The translations under genes and the position numbers were made by a program. Shown piece after piece: positions 39,651 through 50,016 of a stretch of DNA of 64,000 bases (its first letter is position 1; each line of letters opens with the position of its first letter). The notes below the pieces were generated by a model, which did not search any database, was not told the DNA's origin, and was given only the letters and a program-made list of their open reading frames with translations. Location of the stretch: assembly GCA_040376695.1 (NCBI GenBank), contig JBEIQD010000001.1, positions 145,437-209,436 of the forward strand. The letters are read 5' to 3'. Source of the stretch: Candidatus Nomurabacteria bacterium (GTDB lineage: Bacteria; Patescibacteriota; Minisyncoccia; Phycocordibacterales; UBA5272).

Positions 39651-40751
39651 CTATCTACCGTAGTACATATCAGAAGAGATCACTCTCTTGAAACATGTCT
39701 TGCCAATACCGTGATTCCAAAACGCTGAAGTGTCTCCAGAGTAATAGTAATTTGATGCAGAATACATCTTATCCTCAAACACTGGAGTTCCTCGATCATC
39801 GTACTTTCGTTCAGTTTCGAACGTTGCGCAGATTTCGAAGATGGCCGGTGTTGTGAGTTCTTTTTTACCCGCAACAGCAGTTGCTCTTACTACTGGCTGC
39901 TGAAGTACACGATACTCATACACTGCTCCAGTCACTGGATCCTTTGGAACAACGTATCCTTGAAAGGCATCATCAAGCTCCGAAAGGTCCTTTGGCAACT
40001 TGTCAGTACTTTGGAAATGATTAAAGATTTCCTGTTGAATACGAGACACATCGTTAAGGCGTGCATCGTCAATACGCTTAAGTCTCATTTCAGCTGGGGT
40101 CCCGATAATTGAAACACTCCAAACGAGAGAGACTAGTACAAATAACGCAGACACTGCTGCAATCATATTTGGAACCATTGTCTTCTTTGAATAATCGCGA
40201 CGGAGTGCATAAATATAATACCCTCCAACAGCGGCAGCGATAACAAACACAGCAAGCGCCTTAAGTTCGAAACGAACAGTAAGTTCTCCGCCGAGGTATG
40301 TGTAAATTGTTGCAACAAGAGAACCCAGAAGGGTTACTGCCGTTACAAATAGCGTTGTGTAGATAAAAATCTTACGAATAAGAAGATCACGCTTGAAAAG
40401 AAACTTCTTAATGTCTCTCGAAACGTACATTGAAAGAGCGAGATAAATAGGAAACATAACCACAAGAGAAGCAATAGCCATACGCATATCGCTTCCGTAC
40501 ATATCCACATACTGCCCAACTTCTAGCACATCCGTGAACTTACGTTCAATAGCGGTAAAAAGTATTTGAATAATGTTTGTCACCGACACAATAAGTGAGA
40601 TGAAAATACCGAGATACATAAACACATCGAGAGCCTTTGTTTTTGATTCCATAGAATTTGTATTTTTCTTTACAAGAAAATAAATAAGCGCACTAAAACC
40701 TCCAAGTATAAGTAACGGAATAAGTAGACCGACAAGAATTAATATTGTCAT
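39651..40751 (-). CDS. Hypothetical multi-TM membrane protein (DUF5671-like N-terminus)
   Basis: Six predicted TM helices in the N-terminal 210 aa, then a soluble C-terminal domain. No catalytic motif. Confidence 0.55.
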   Translation of the reverse strand: MTILILVGLLIPLLILGGFSALIYFLVKKNTNSMESKTKALDVFMYLGIFISLIVSVTNIIQILFTAIERKFTDVLEVGQYVDMYGSDMRMAIASLVVMFPIYLALSMYVSRDIKKFLFKRDLLIRKIFIYTTLFVTAVTLLGSLVATIYTYLGGELTVRFELKALAVFVIAAAVGGYYIYALRRDYSKKTMVPNMIAAVSALFVLVSLVWSVSIIGTPAEMRLKRIDDARLNDVSRIQQEIFNHFQSTDKLPKDLSELDDAFQGYVVPKDPVTGAVYEYRVLQQPVVRATAVAGKKELTTPAIFEICATFETERKYDDRGTPVFEDKMYSASNYYYSGDTSAFWNHGIGKTCFKRVISSDMYYGR

Positions 40752-40789
40752 ACCTTTATTTTACCATGTTTATGGTATAGTAAAAACAT

Positions 40790-41272
40790 ATGAAATCCCC
40801 TTCAAATACCCCAATAAACGACCTTGAGGTTCTTGCGCTTAAGATTACTAAGTGGACTGGATCAATTTGGTCAATCATTGCTCATACCCTTTTATTCATA
40901 GGAGCCTTTACATTGGTTCTCATGGGTGTTGATCTTGATCGAGTACTTCTTGTGTTAACAACAGTTGTATCTCTTGAAGCAATTTACTTATCCATCTTCA
41001 TTCAAATGAGTGTTAACCATCAGGCACGAGCTCTCGCAAATGTTGAAAAAGACATTGATGAAATTCAGGAGGACGTTGAAGAGATTGCTGAGGATATGGA
41101 AGAGATTGCTGAGGATGTTGAGGAAATCGCAGAAGACGTCGAAGAGATTGCTGAAGACGTGGAAGAAATGCAAGAAGATATTGATGAGATTCAGGAAGAT
41201 GTGGATGAAATTCAGGAGGACGTTGAGGTAATTACTGAAGAACACGAAAAAGAACTAGAGGCGAAGAAATAA
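40790..41272 (+). CDS. DUF1003-family membrane protein with acidic C-terminal octapeptide repeats
   Basis: Two TM helices then EDVEEIAE-type repeats x7. Followed by a terminator. Confidence 0.65.
   Translation: MKSPSNTPINDLEVLALKITKWTGSIWSIIAHTLLFIGAFTLVLMGVDLDRVLLVLTTVVSLEAIYLSIFIQMSVNHQARALANVEKDIDEIQEDVEEIAEDMEEIAEDVEEIAEDVEEIAEDVEEMQEDIDEIQEDVDEIQEDVEVITEEHEKELEAKK
41054..41230 (+). repeat. Imperfect 24-nt tandem repeat (~7 copies) encoding acidic octapeptide (E-D-V-E-E-I-A-E)
   Basis: Seen directly: gaggacgttgaagagattgct / gaggatatggaagagattgct / gaggatgttgaggaaatcgca ... Confidence 0.8.
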
Positions 41273-41306
41273 TAAAAAGACCGCATCATGATGCGGTCTT
41301 TTTATT
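41272..41306. terminator. Bidirectional terminator AGACCGCATCATGATGCGGTCT + T-tract
   Basis: Seen directly. Confidence 0.65.
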
Positions 41307-41321
41307 ATTCTTATACTTTAC

Positions 41322-41660
41322 TTATTCAAATGCGTGAAGTGACCAGTTGATGATTGAAAGTACAATTGAGAAATATATTGCCATCAGAAGTGACGGAATA
41401 CTGAACCCATCAACTAATTTTGCCGCCAAGAGAATCATCAGCCCATTTATAACAAATGAAAATAATCCCAGAGTCACAATATTAATTGGAAGTGAGATGA
41501 TAGTAATAATTGGCTTGATCGTGTGATTGATAATAGCGAGTGCTAAAGCAACCAATACTGCAGTAGCCCCTGTTTGCCACGCAAACACCATAGGCACACC
41601 AACTTTAGTTATGTAACTTGCTAAGAGAACTCCGATCGTTCTAATGAATATGTAGGTCAT
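41322..41660 (-). CDS. Phage-holin-4-like / DUF360 (YvlD) family small membrane protein
   Basis: 112 aa with 3-4 TM segments. Pattern resembles the YvlD/DUF360 superfamily. Confidence 0.5.
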   Translation of the reverse strand: MTYIFIRTIGVLLASYITKVGVPMVFAWQTGATAVLVALALAIINHTIKPIITIISLPINIVTLGLFSFVINGLMILLAAKLVDGFSIPSLLMAIYFSIVLSIINWSLHAFE

Positions 41661-41663
41661 ATA

Positions 41664-41930
41664 TTATATGTTAGCACCTTCTTCTTTAAGAATGTTGCGC
41701 TTACTGGTAATTCCGCCGCGATTATACCCACCCATTTTCCCATCACTACGAATGACACGATGACATGGAATTTCTGGGTTAAAATTTTTACTGAGCACGG
41801 TTCCAACTGCACGTGAAGCATTTGGCTTTCCAATTTTTATTGCAACTTCTTTATAGGTCATAAAATCCCCTTTTGGGATTTTGGCTACGACATCATATAC
41901 CGCTTCTTTAAATGTTATTGGTTGCTTCAT
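41664..41930 (-). CDS. MGMT-family DNA-binding domain protein (O6-alkylguanine alkyltransferase C-terminal domain-like)
   Basis: Active-site motif PCHRVI and HTH (ASRAVGTVLSKN). Only 88 aa, i.e. lacks the N-terminal domain. Confidence 0.8.
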   Translation of the reverse strand: MKQPITFKEAVYDVVAKIPKGDFMTYKEVAIKIGKPNASRAVGTVLSKNFNPEIPCHRVIRSDGKMGGYNRGGITSKRNILKEEGANI

Positions 41931-41933
41931 ATA

Positions 41934-42317
41934 CTATGAGACGATTTTACTATGGACTTCTTTCAACTCTTCCTCAGAAGCATCATATGCACTCCCTACA
42001 TCAAGATCCTTAATGCTGTTACTTGGAATAAGGTGAACGTGGGCATGTGGCACTTCAAAACCAGCAACAATCACACCGACACGAGAACAGCTAAGTTTTT
42101 CTTTAAGAATCTTCGTTACCACTTTTGCAGTATTCCACATGTGCATAAAGTATTCTTCTGGTACATCATCCCAGTGATCTACTTCAACTTTAGGAACTAT
42201 CAGTGTGTGACCTTTTGTCTGTGGTCTAATCGTTAAGAATGCAATAGTGTACTCATCTTCATATATCTTGTATGCAGGAATTTCACCTGCGATTATTTTT
42301 GTAAAAATTGATGACAT
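41934..42317 (-). CDS. HIT-family (histidine triad) hydrolase
   Basis: HIT motif HAHVHLIP. Confidence 0.85.
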   Translation of the reverse strand: MSSIFTKIIAGEIPAYKIYEDEYTIAFLTIRPQTKGHTLIVPKVEVDHWDDVPEEYFMHMWNTAKVVTKILKEKLSCSRVGVIVAGFEVPHAHVHLIPSNSIKDLDVGSAYDASEEELKEVHSKIVS

Positions 42318-42324
42318 GATATGT

Positions 42325-42702
42325 TTATTTTTCTTCTTTAAATTCCATACAAATTGAATTCATACAGTAACGCTTACCAGTCGTAGCTGGTCCATCATCA
42401 AATACGTGTCCCAGGTGTGCATGGCACGTAGCACACCTCACTTCTGTACGAAGCATGCCAAGTGAAGTATCTTCAACATTCTCTGTTGCGCCAGGTAACG
42501 CTTGATCAAACGAAGGCCATCCTGAACCTGATTCAAATTTTGCATCTGATGCAAATAATGGAGTACCGCAGACTTTGCAGCTAAACATCCCAGCTCGGTG
42601 TTCATTAAGAAGCTTCCCTGTAAAAGGCGCTTCGGTCCCACCGTTAAAAAGCACGTGATTTTCTTCTGGAGTTAATTCTTTTTTTCGTTCTTCTATATTC
42701 AT
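42325..42702 (-). CDS. msrB: Peptide-methionine (R)-S-oxide reductase MsrB
   Basis: Zn-binding CxxC pairs (CKVC...CATC) and catalytic RYCMNS motif. Confidence 0.9.
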   Translation of the reverse strand: MNIEERKKELTPEENHVLFNGGTEAPFTGKLLNEHRAGMFSCKVCGTPLFASDAKFESGSGWPSFDQALPGATENVEDTSLGMLRTEVRCATCHAHLGHVFDDGPATTGKRYCMNSICMEFKEEK

Positions 42703-42708
42703 ATTTAG

Positions 42709-43254
42709 TTAGATTATTTTTTTAACCTGCTCCATTCTTGCCTCCCTATTTCCTGATATTACTTTAACTGTAATATTATATTTTCTTGAGAGCTCGAATA
42801 ACACCCTCAGAAAATGATTATTAACTATATCGATATACTCTGCGGTAATATCTCGTGTTCCATCGTCAACAAGCGGCACAGCAACAGCAGTAGGAATAAA
42901 GAAATACATATCAACACTTTGTAGAGTGTCCTTCATCATCGCCTCAGTTTCATCAACAAACCATTTTGGAATAGTGCCAGCTTCGTATTGAACATAGGTA
43001 TACACATAGTTATCAATAAGACATCTGTCAAAAATAACATTATACGCAGTGTTGTGACGCAACTGACCAAACATAAAATCACGAATTGCTTTTTGACTAT
43101 CAACACTCGTTAATTGATTAACCTCTAATTCTTTCTCCTCAACAAGATCTCGATATGTTTCGGGAGGTGTTGTGTAATGAAGGAATTCAGTTAAAAAATC
43201 TTTTATAAAAGTTGATTTGCCTGTATTTTGTGGACCAAGTACTGCGATTCTCAT
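42709..43254 (-). CDS. P-loop NTPase / putative nucleoside kinase (AAA_28-like)
   Basis: Walker A VLGPQNTGKST. 181 aa. Resembles NadR-C-terminal/RNK-type small kinases. Confidence 0.6.
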   Translation of the reverse strand: MRIAVLGPQNTGKSTFIKDFLTEFLHYTTPPETYRDLVEEKELEVNQLTSVDSQKAIRDFMFGQLRHNTAYNVIFDRCLIDNYVYTYVQYEAGTIPKWFVDETEAMMKDTLQSVDMYFFIPTAVAVPLVDDGTRDITAEYIDIVNNHFLRVLFELSRKYNITVKVISGNREARMEQVKKII

Positions 43255-43273
43255 AGGATGAGTATATCATCCA

Positions 43274-43813
43274 CTACTTAGACCATTCTATGTGCTTTTC
43301 TTCCCGAATAACACACGTTTTGTTAACGAACCCTTCTCGGCCACTTCCAGTTCTATACAGCATATAGTGTGTTGGATTTTTTTCTGCGTAGTTCTGATGA
43401 TATTCTTCAGCTTTATAAAATTGCTTACGTGGCAAAATATCTACTTGAGATGGTACATCATACACATGACTTTCATTCAACTCAGCTAATACATGTTCAG
43501 CAATTTCTTTCTCTTCTTCGTTTTCATAATATATTCCTGTTCTATAGCTCTCACCTCTATCGCCAAATTGTCCACCAGTATCTGTTGGGTCAATATGATC
43601 AATAAAAAACTGAAGTACTTTTTTATACGAAGTCATATCAACATCATATTCAACAAGAACAACCTCTCTATGTCCTGCATGATTTTCATACGTTGGATTA
43701 ACACTATCACCACCAGAATATCCTGAAACAACAGATACAACACCAACAGCTTCATGTAAGTCATGCTCAATGCACCAGAAACATCCACCTGCGAGAACTA
43801 AAGATTTTGTCAT
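43274..43813 (-). CDS. msrA: Peptide methionine sulfoxide reductase MsrA
   Basis: Active site GCFWC (LAGGCFWCIE). Confidence 0.9.
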   Translation of the reverse strand: MTKSLVLAGGCFWCIEHDLHEAVGVVSVVSGYSGGDSVNPTYENHAGHREVVLVEYDVDMTSYKKVLQFFIDHIDPTDTGGQFGDRGESYRTGIYYENEEEKEIAEHVLAELNESHVYDVPSQVDILPRKQFYKAEEYHQNYAEKNPTHYMLYRTGSGREGFVNKTCVIREEKHIEWSK

Positions 43814-43849
43814 TGTTAGATAAGAAGTCTTTATATCATTTAATAATAG

Positions 43850-44941
43850 CTATTGATACTGTACATAGCTAGGACGTGGTCGCCACGTCATAATCTCAAT
43901 TGGAGTAAGTAATCTTGTACTTGGTGACCTAAGATCATTCTTATAAAAAAGCTTTACACCTGTAAACTGTACTGGCTCACTCGCAACAACTTGACGATAA
44001 ATCCCTGTTTTTAATTCTGGTGTTCCCCATCCGTCCATAGTCATAACTACCTGCACCTGTTTTGTGGGTTTAATAGCCTGATAATTAGTTACCATCTTTT
44101 CCGTAAAACGATGCACCACCAAAACCTTTGGAGGAAGATTATTTTCTTCGACGACTTGTGACAACATTGTAATAACATCATTAATTTGACTTGCATCAAG
44201 AGTGCCGATATATTCTCCTGGCTTTTGACTCCCTTTCATTGCGAACTCAGGATCAATACCGAGATGAATTTGAGGCTGCTTGAGATATGGAAGAATTGCA
44301 GCGACTTCTTTTTGAATAGTGCTTTGTCCCGCCTGTACATCCAAGAACACAACGCCATTCACTTCTTTAGCTAGTGTGATAGCTTTTTCAATTTCTGAAT
44401 CGGGCATACGCGCAGTCCAGTCACCGTCCGCTCCAGCAGTTCCTTGTGCAACTGTCACGATGTAGTGGATAGCAGGAGTAACTGGAGTACTTGGATCAGC
44501 TTCTTCCCATGCTCGAACCTCCTTTCTCAGGCGAGTAAGCATTTCATCGGGCGGATATTCTCCAAGCGCTCCCATCTTAGTCGAGTAAAAGTTTCCATAG
44601 TACGCAATAATACGGGTAAATGGTAAAAGTGCTCCGTCTCCTGGGTACACCGCCTTTACTGGCCACGCATATACTTTCGGTGTCGTTGTTGCAGTGCTAG
44701 TAGCGACTGGTAAACGGTTAGCAAGCGCTAACATCTTTTGATCATATACATCTTTATCGAGCGCTTTTCTCGTAGGAATAATTTCTGGTTCTAGGATTTT
44801 TCCAACAAGCTCTTCTTTGGAATACTTAACAGTATTCGGACTAAAGTATGCATACGTAAAATAAATAATAAAAAGAGCAACCACCGCTCCGAAACTACCA
44901 GCTATTATCATCTTATGACTATTTGATTGCTTTTGAGACAT
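43850..44941 (-). CDS. Hypothetical membrane-anchored extracytoplasmic protein
   Basis: N-terminal TM (IIAGSFGAVVALFIIYF) then ~330-aa soluble domain. Start placed at ATG (MSQKQSN). No clear family. Confidence 0.55.
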   Translation of the reverse strand: MSQKQSNSHKMIIAGSFGAVVALFIIYFTYAYFSPNTVKYSKEELVGKILEPEIIPTRKALDKDVYDQKMLALANRLPVATSTATTTPKVYAWPVKAVYPGDGALLPFTRIIAYYGNFYSTKMGALGEYPPDEMLTRLRKEVRAWEEADPSTPVTPAIHYIVTVAQGTAGADGDWTARMPDSEIEKAITLAKEVNGVVFLDVQAGQSTIQKEVAAILPYLKQPQIHLGIDPEFAMKGSQKPGEYIGTLDASQINDVITMLSQVVEENNLPPKVLVVHRFTEKMVTNYQAIKPTKQVQVVMTMDGWGTPELKTGIYRQVVASEPVQFTGVKLFYKNDLRSPSTRLLTPIEIMTWRPRPSYVQYQ

Positions 44942-45039
44942 ATAATAAAAGAGAGTATACCCTTTACACTTAAAAATAGACATGTGAGTAACACGTAGGT
45001 TCACATGCAGGCCATTTTATGATAGGATATTTCCTACAT

Positions 45040-45123
45040 GCGTCGGTGGTGGAGTGGTCAATCACAACAGACTGTAAATCTGTCGCCCTTCGGGCTTCGC
45101 TGGTTCAAATCCAGCCCGGCGCA
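45040..45123 (+). tRNA. tRNA-Tyr (anticodon GTA)
   Basis: Hand-folded: acceptor GCGTCGG/CCGGCGC, anticodon stem-loop ACAGA-CTGTAAA-TCTGT, long variable arm CGCCCTTCGGGCTTC (type II), T-arm GCTGG-TTCAAAT-CCAGC. Confidence 0.8.
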
Positions 45124-45130
45124 CACAAAT

Positions 45131-45168
45131 ATAAAAATCCCCATGAAATATTTCATGGGGATTTTTAT
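45131..45168. terminator. Bidirectional terminator AAAAATCCCCATGAAATATTTCATGGGGATTTTT
   Basis: Seen directly. Between tRNA-Tyr (+) and clpB (-). Confidence 0.7.
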
Positions 45169-45193
45169 ATTTGCTGTAAAGCCTGGATTTGTC

Positions 45194-47899
45194 CTACTTC
45201 TTTACTACAAGATCCTTTTTTGATATCGGGCTTGGAATCTTCTTTGGCTTTTTAGCCTCAACAATAACGTCTCCCTTTTTATCAAGCGTCACGGCTGCTA
45301 TTCCCCCTTTCGTAAACTTCTTCGAAAGCATGAGAGATGCTACTTGATTCAAAATATGAGTTTGAATAAATCGCTTGATAGGACGGGCTCCATAATGAGG
45401 GTCAAATGATTTATCTGCAATATGAGCGAGTGCTTCTTCTGTTACTTCAAGAGTAATGTCTTTCTCTTGAATTCGTTTTGCAATTTGAGCCATCTGCAAA
45501 CCTACAATTTGCTTCACCTGACCCTTGTCGAGTACATCAAAGATAATTGTCTCATCTAGACGGTTTAAAAACTCAGGCTTAAAGAATTCCTTAAGAGATT
45601 CCATAACTCGTTCTTTTACTTGAGCATACTCAGATCCTGCTGTGTGATTAGTAAATCCAATCTGCTCCATTTTCTGTATATGCTGACTTCCAATGTTTGA
45701 AGTCATAACAATAATTGTATTCTTGAAGTTAACAATACGCCCCTTACTGTCTGTAAGTCGCCCCTCATCAAGAACTTGAAGTAGTAGGTTAAATACTTCC
45801 GGGTGTGCCTTTTCAACTTCATCGAATAAAATTACAGCATATGGACGATGACGAACCGCTTCAGTGAGTTGCCCTGATTCATCATATCCAACATATCCTG
45901 GAGGACTTCCAATCAGCTTTGATGTTGAATGTTTTTCCATGTACTCACTCATATCCACTTTAATGAGCGCTTTCTCATCGTTAAACATAAACGAAGCTAA
46001 TGCTTTGGTAAGTTCTGTTTTTCCAACTCCTGTAGGTCCAAGGAAAAGGAATGAGCCAATCGGTCGATCTGGATCATTAATCCCCGCACGACTTCTACGA
46101 ACAGCTCCACTTATTTTTTCAATTGCATCACGCTGTCCAATCACGCGCTCGCCTAATCCTTCTTCCATGTGTGCTAATTTTTCTTCTTCCTCTTCCAACA
46201 TTTTCACAACAGGAATACCGGTCCAACGAGCTACCACTGAAGCAATATCTTCTTCAGTAATTTCTTCACGAAGAATTCTGCGAGTCTTCTGAAGTTTCTT
46301 TAGCTTCTCCATTCGCTCAGTGAGTTCACGAGTAAGTTCTGGAATTTGTCCATAACGAATCTCTGCTGCGCGAGTAAGGTCAGCGCGCATTTCTGCATTT
46401 TCTGCTTCAATACGGAGAGTTTCAAGAGACTTTTTAAGTTCACCTATTTCAGTAAGTGTCTTCTTTTCATTTTTCCACTTAAGCTCAAGTTCCCGAGTCT
46501 TCTCTTTCACGTTTGCAATTTCTTCGTCGATAGCGTGGATCCGTTTTTCAGTTCCTGTTCCATGCGCATCATCGTCTTCCTTGTGTGCAACAAGTTCCTT
46601 TGTAAGAGCTTCTTTTTCAATTTCTAAACGCATGATTCTGCGGTGGGCTTCATCAAGTACGGGCGGCTTGTTCTCAAGCGCAATACGAAGAGACGAAGCA
46701 GCTTCATCAATAAGGTCAATTGCCTTGTCAGGAAGGAATCGTGACGTAATATATCGCGTTGAAAGATTTACCGCTGAAATAAGAGCGTCATCTGTAATAC
46801 GAACACCATGGAAGAGTTCATATTTCTCTTTAAGCCCACGCAAAATAGCGAGTGTATCGAGCTCTGTTGGCTCTTCTACAAATACTGGCTGGAAACGACG
46901 AGCAAGCGCTGGGTCTTTTTCGATATGCTTCTGATACTCCTTAATCGTTGTTGCTCCAATCGCACGAAGCTCTCCGCGGGAGAGCGCGGGCTTGAGTAAA
47001 TTCGCAGCGTCTGCCGATCCTTCAGTGGCTCCTGCTCCAACGATTGTATGAATCTCGTCGATGAAAAGAATGATACCTCCCTCTGAGCGTTCAATTTCTT
47101 TCATAATTGCTTTAAGACGCTCTTCAAATTCTCCGCGGAATTTTGTTCCAGCGATAAGCATTCCTAGATCAAGGGAAACAAGTTCTTTATCTTTCAAAGA
47201 TTCAGGAACATCCCCTTTTGCCATGCGAATAGCAAGCCCTTCAACTACAGCTGTTTTTCCAACTCCGGCTTCACCGATGAGAATTGGATTATTCTTTGTT
47301 CTACGAGAAAGAATCTGCATAAGGCGCATGATTTCCGTATCTCGACCTATAACTGGATCCAACTTGTCAGCGCGTGCTAGTTCTGTGAAATTACGTGTGT
47401 ATTTTGCAAGGGCTTTATTTTTCTTTCCACCTTGTGCTTCAGTAATATTTTGTGAGCGAAGTTCCTCTAATATATGATATGCGGCGTCCTTATCAATTCG
47501 AAAACGTGCGAGCACTTCACGAACCTGCCCCTGTGATTCAAGTAATGACAGGAAGAGGTGTTCTGTTGAAACAAACTCATCTCCAAGAGCTTGGGCAACC
47601 TTCAGTGACATCTCTAGTGTTGTTGCAAGTTCAGGTGTGAGATACATCTGGTATGACGGACTCATTGTGGCTGATGCTCCTGGAACTTCGATTGCATCAA
47701 CAATACTGTCAGTAAGATGAACAATATCGATTTCTAATTTTTCTAAAATAGCATGAACAAGAGACTCCTCCTGTGTAAGAAGAGCTCCCATAAGATGAAG
47801 TGGGCTCACCTGGTTCTGTCCTCGCTCGATAGCAAGTTCATGCGCCCGACGAATCACTTCCTTTGCTTTGGTGGTGAAGTTGTTGAAATTTGGAGGCAT
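45194..47899 (-). CDS. clpB: Chaperone ClpB (AAA+ disaggregase)
   Basis: Two AAA+ modules (GEAGVGKT and GPTGVGKTE Walker A), coiled-coil M-domain, N-terminal Clp repeats. 901 aa. Confidence 0.9.
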   Translation of the reverse strand: MPPNFNNFTTKAKEVIRRAHELAIERGQNQVSPLHLMGALLTQEESLVHAILEKLEIDIVHLTDSIVDAIEVPGASATMSPSYQMYLTPELATTLEMSLKVAQALGDEFVSTEHLFLSLLESQGQVREVLARFRIDKDAAYHILEELRSQNITEAQGGKKNKALAKYTRNFTELARADKLDPVIGRDTEIMRLMQILSRRTKNNPILIGEAGVGKTAVVEGLAIRMAKGDVPESLKDKELVSLDLGMLIAGTKFRGEFEERLKAIMKEIERSEGGIILFIDEIHTIVGAGATEGSADAANLLKPALSRGELRAIGATTIKEYQKHIEKDPALARRFQPVFVEEPTELDTLAILRGLKEKYELFHGVRITDDALISAVNLSTRYITSRFLPDKAIDLIDEAASSLRIALENKPPVLDEAHRRIMRLEIEKEALTKELVAHKEDDDAHGTGTEKRIHAIDEEIANVKEKTRELELKWKNEKKTLTEIGELKKSLETLRIEAENAEMRADLTRAAEIRYGQIPELTRELTERMEKLKKLQKTRRILREEITEEDIASVVARWTGIPVVKMLEEEEEKLAHMEEGLGERVIGQRDAIEKISGAVRRSRAGINDPDRPIGSFLFLGPTGVGKTELTKALASFMFNDEKALIKVDMSEYMEKHSTSKLIGSPPGYVGYDESGQLTEAVRHRPYAVILFDEVEKAHPEVFNLLLQVLDEGRLTDSKGRIVNFKNTIIVMTSNIGSQHIQKMEQIGFTNHTAGSEYAQVKERVMESLKEFFKPEFLNRLDETIIFDVLDKGQVKQIVGLQMAQIAKRIQEKDITLEVTEEALAHIADKSFDPHYGARPIKRFIQTHILNQVASLMLSKKFTKGGIAAVTLDKKGDVIVEAKKPKKIPSPISKKDLVVKK

Positions 47900-48017
47900 G
47901 GATTATAAATGTTAAGGCACGAAGTCTTTAGTTCAGTGTATCAGTTTTCTATCAATCAAGCGTGGTGGATAATCAGTCAATACGGTATATAGTATTTCTA
48001 ACAAATGGGGGTAGAAA

Positions 48018-48054
48018 GTCAAATGGACGATACGTATAGTATCGTCCATTTGAC
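48018..48054. promoter_or_regulatory. Perfect 16-bp-stem inverted repeat GTCAAATGGACGATAC-GTAT-AGTATCGTCCATTTGAC in sodA-clpB intergenic region
   Basis: Seen directly. Serves as sodA terminator and/or clpB operator. Region contains four (A)GTCAA(A/T) motifs. Confidence 0.45.
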
Positions 48055-48071
48055 TCGCTTGTTGACTCTAA

Positions 48072-48638
48072 TTACACAAGCCTTTTCTCCGCAACACTCC
48101 AATCAATAGTATTCATAAACGCAGCAATATAATCAGCGCGTTTGAGTCCGTAATCAACCATAAACGCGTGTTCAAATACATCCATGACAAGTACAGGGAC
48201 CGCTCCTGCTAAATTCCCTTCATTGTGTTCATTTACCCATGTGTTGAAAACCATTTTCTTTACTGGATCATACGCAAGCACCACCCACCCAATACCACGC
48301 ATTGTTCCGATACCAATAAATTCCTTCTGCCAGTTTTCAAATGAACCCCACACGTACTCAATAACTTTCTGTAATTCAGAACCTGAAGTCATTGCTACTC
48401 CACCATTTTTCATGTTCTCAAAATAAAGTTCATGGAGACGCATTCCGTTCCATTCCCATCCAAAACGACGATGAAGTTCAGCATATTCAGGAGTTCCAAT
48501 TTCAAGTGTTTTAAACTTTTCAACAAGAGCGTTTGTATTCTTCACATACCCCTGGTAGAGAGTAAAGTGATTAGTAAGCAACACATCAGAAAATCCAGGA
48601 GTTCCAAGCAGGTGTGCAAAATCTTTTTGTTCGTACAT
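48072..48638 (-). CDS. sodA: Fe/Mn superoxide dismutase
   Basis: Fe/Mn-SOD metal-binding motifs (HHxxH-like N-terminus, DVFEHAF/DxWEHAYY equivalent). Confidence 0.9.
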   Translation of the reverse strand: MYEQKDFAHLLGTPGFSDVLLTNHFTLYQGYVKNTNALVEKFKTLEIGTPEYAELHRRFGWEWNGMRLHELYFENMKNGGVAMTSGSELQKVIEYVWGSFENWQKEFIGIGTMRGIGWVVLAYDPVKKMVFNTWVNEHNEGNLAGAVPVLVMDVFEHAFMVDYGLKRADYIAAFMNTIDWSVAEKRLV

Positions 48639-48697
48639 AAATATAAGTATTAATTAGTAGTTGATAGTATCAGTGTAATACAGTACCAATCGAGTGA

Positions 48698-49894
48698 CTA
48701 GCGCCCAAAGGTTTCTTTTATACTTTTTAGTGAAGTAATAAGACTTTCCAAATCAGACTGTGTCGTATCACGCCCAAGTGTGATGCGCACATTTTCTAAT
48801 GATTCTTCCAGTGTTGCGCCGAGCGCTTGGACCACATAACTTCCATCAGTTTCCGCAGAGGCGCATGCTGATTTATGAGAGACAGCAAACCCCTTCGCGT
48901 CCAGTCGCAAAATAAGTTCATCACTCGTAATACCTGGAACACGAATGTTGATATTGTTTGGAAGCCGTTCTTTTACATCTCCGTAGATAGTTACATCAGG
49001 AATATAGCGTATAACTTCTTTAAAGAAGAAGTCTCGTAGCACTATGAGTCGTTCTGATTCGGCATCACGCAACTCAATTGCTTCAGTGAGCGCTTCAGCA
49101 AACGCTGCTGCGAGAGCTACTGATTCTGTTCCACTACGTAACTCTCGTTCTTGTCCACCACCGTAGGTTGTTGGTTCAACACTGATTCCTTCACGCTTAT
49201 AGAGTGCAGCTATTCCTTTTGGACCATATACCTTTGAAGCATTAACCGTAACCAGGTGTGCTTTAAGACGCACAACGTCAAGATTGCAATAATTTCCTGC
49301 CTGACATGCGTCCACGTGGAAATATGGATATGAAGTAAATGTTCTCTCTCGTTCTCTCTTCCATTCATCCAGCGCACGACCAATTTCTTTTATTGGCTGA
49401 ATAGTTCCAATTTCATTGTTGGCATACATAACTGACACCAGTATTGTTTCTTCTGTGAGAGCTTCACGAACATCTTTTACTTTTACAATTCCATTTCCAT
49501 ACACCGGAAGATAGGTCACACGAACTTTACCCATTTTCTCGAAATGACGAATCGGTTCAAGTACAGCAGGATGTTCAATTTCGGTTGTAATGATATGTGG
49601 GAGGTTAATTCCAGAAACTTTTGCAATGGTACCTAGAATCGCAATATTACAACTCTCTGTCCCTGTTCCAACAAATGTCACTTCATATGAATGAGCGTTC
49701 AACACAGTTGCAACAGTATTCCGTGCTTTTTGTAACACCTGGGATGCCTTGTCGCCTTCCTGATGAATTGCTGAAGGGTTGCCAAAGACGCTCAATCTTT
49801 CAATAAGAACAGCTTGGGCTCGCTTACTCACAGGTGTTGCGCCTGCGTTGTCGAGATAGATTCGTTTTTGTTTTTTTGTAAACAAATTAAACAT
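48698..49894 (-). CDS. Cysteine desulfurase (class V aminotransferase, NifS/IscS-like)
   Basis: N-terminal IYLDNAGATP, PLP-lysine region, SACAS-like catalytic Cys loop (SHKSACASAE). Confidence 0.85.
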   Translation of the reverse strand: MFNLFTKKQKRIYLDNAGATPVSKRAQAVLIERLSVFGNPSAIHQEGDKASQVLQKARNTVATVLNAHSYEVTFVGTGTESCNIAILGTIAKVSGINLPHIITTEIEHPAVLEPIRHFEKMGKVRVTYLPVYGNGIVKVKDVREALTEETILVSVMYANNEIGTIQPIKEIGRALDEWKRERERTFTSYPYFHVDACQAGNYCNLDVVRLKAHLVTVNASKVYGPKGIAALYKREGISVEPTTYGGGQERELRSGTESVALAAAFAEALTEAIELRDAESERLIVLRDFFFKEVIRYIPDVTIYGDVKERLPNNINIRVPGITSDELILRLDAKGFAVSHKSACASAETDGSYVVQALGATLEESLENVRITLGRDTTQSDLESLITSLKSIKETFGR

Positions 49895-50016
49895 ACGAAT
49901 ACTCTATCACATCAAAAGAAAAAATCAGCTTGTCAAAAACAAGCAGACAAAATAAAAATGCTTCCAGATGTGCAATTGCACACATGGAAGCATTTAGGTT
50001 TCACCAGCACCGGTGT

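Noticed and set aside
40988-41245. Two ORFs (85 aa minus, 73 aa plus) overlapping the acidic repeat
   Set aside because: Artefacts of the 24-nt repeat periodicity (Lys/Arg-rich or Phe/Asn-rich antisense translations).
45019-45255. 78-aa and 61-aa plus-strand ORFs
   Set aside because: Overlap tRNA-Tyr and the clpB terminator. No ribosome-binding site and non-protein-like composition.
47900-48071. CIRCE (HrcA) or canonical CtsR operator upstream of clpB
   Set aside because: No TTAGCACTC-N9-GAGTGCTAA. GTCAA repeats have wrong spacing for CtsR. Kept only as a generic repeat or operator candidate.
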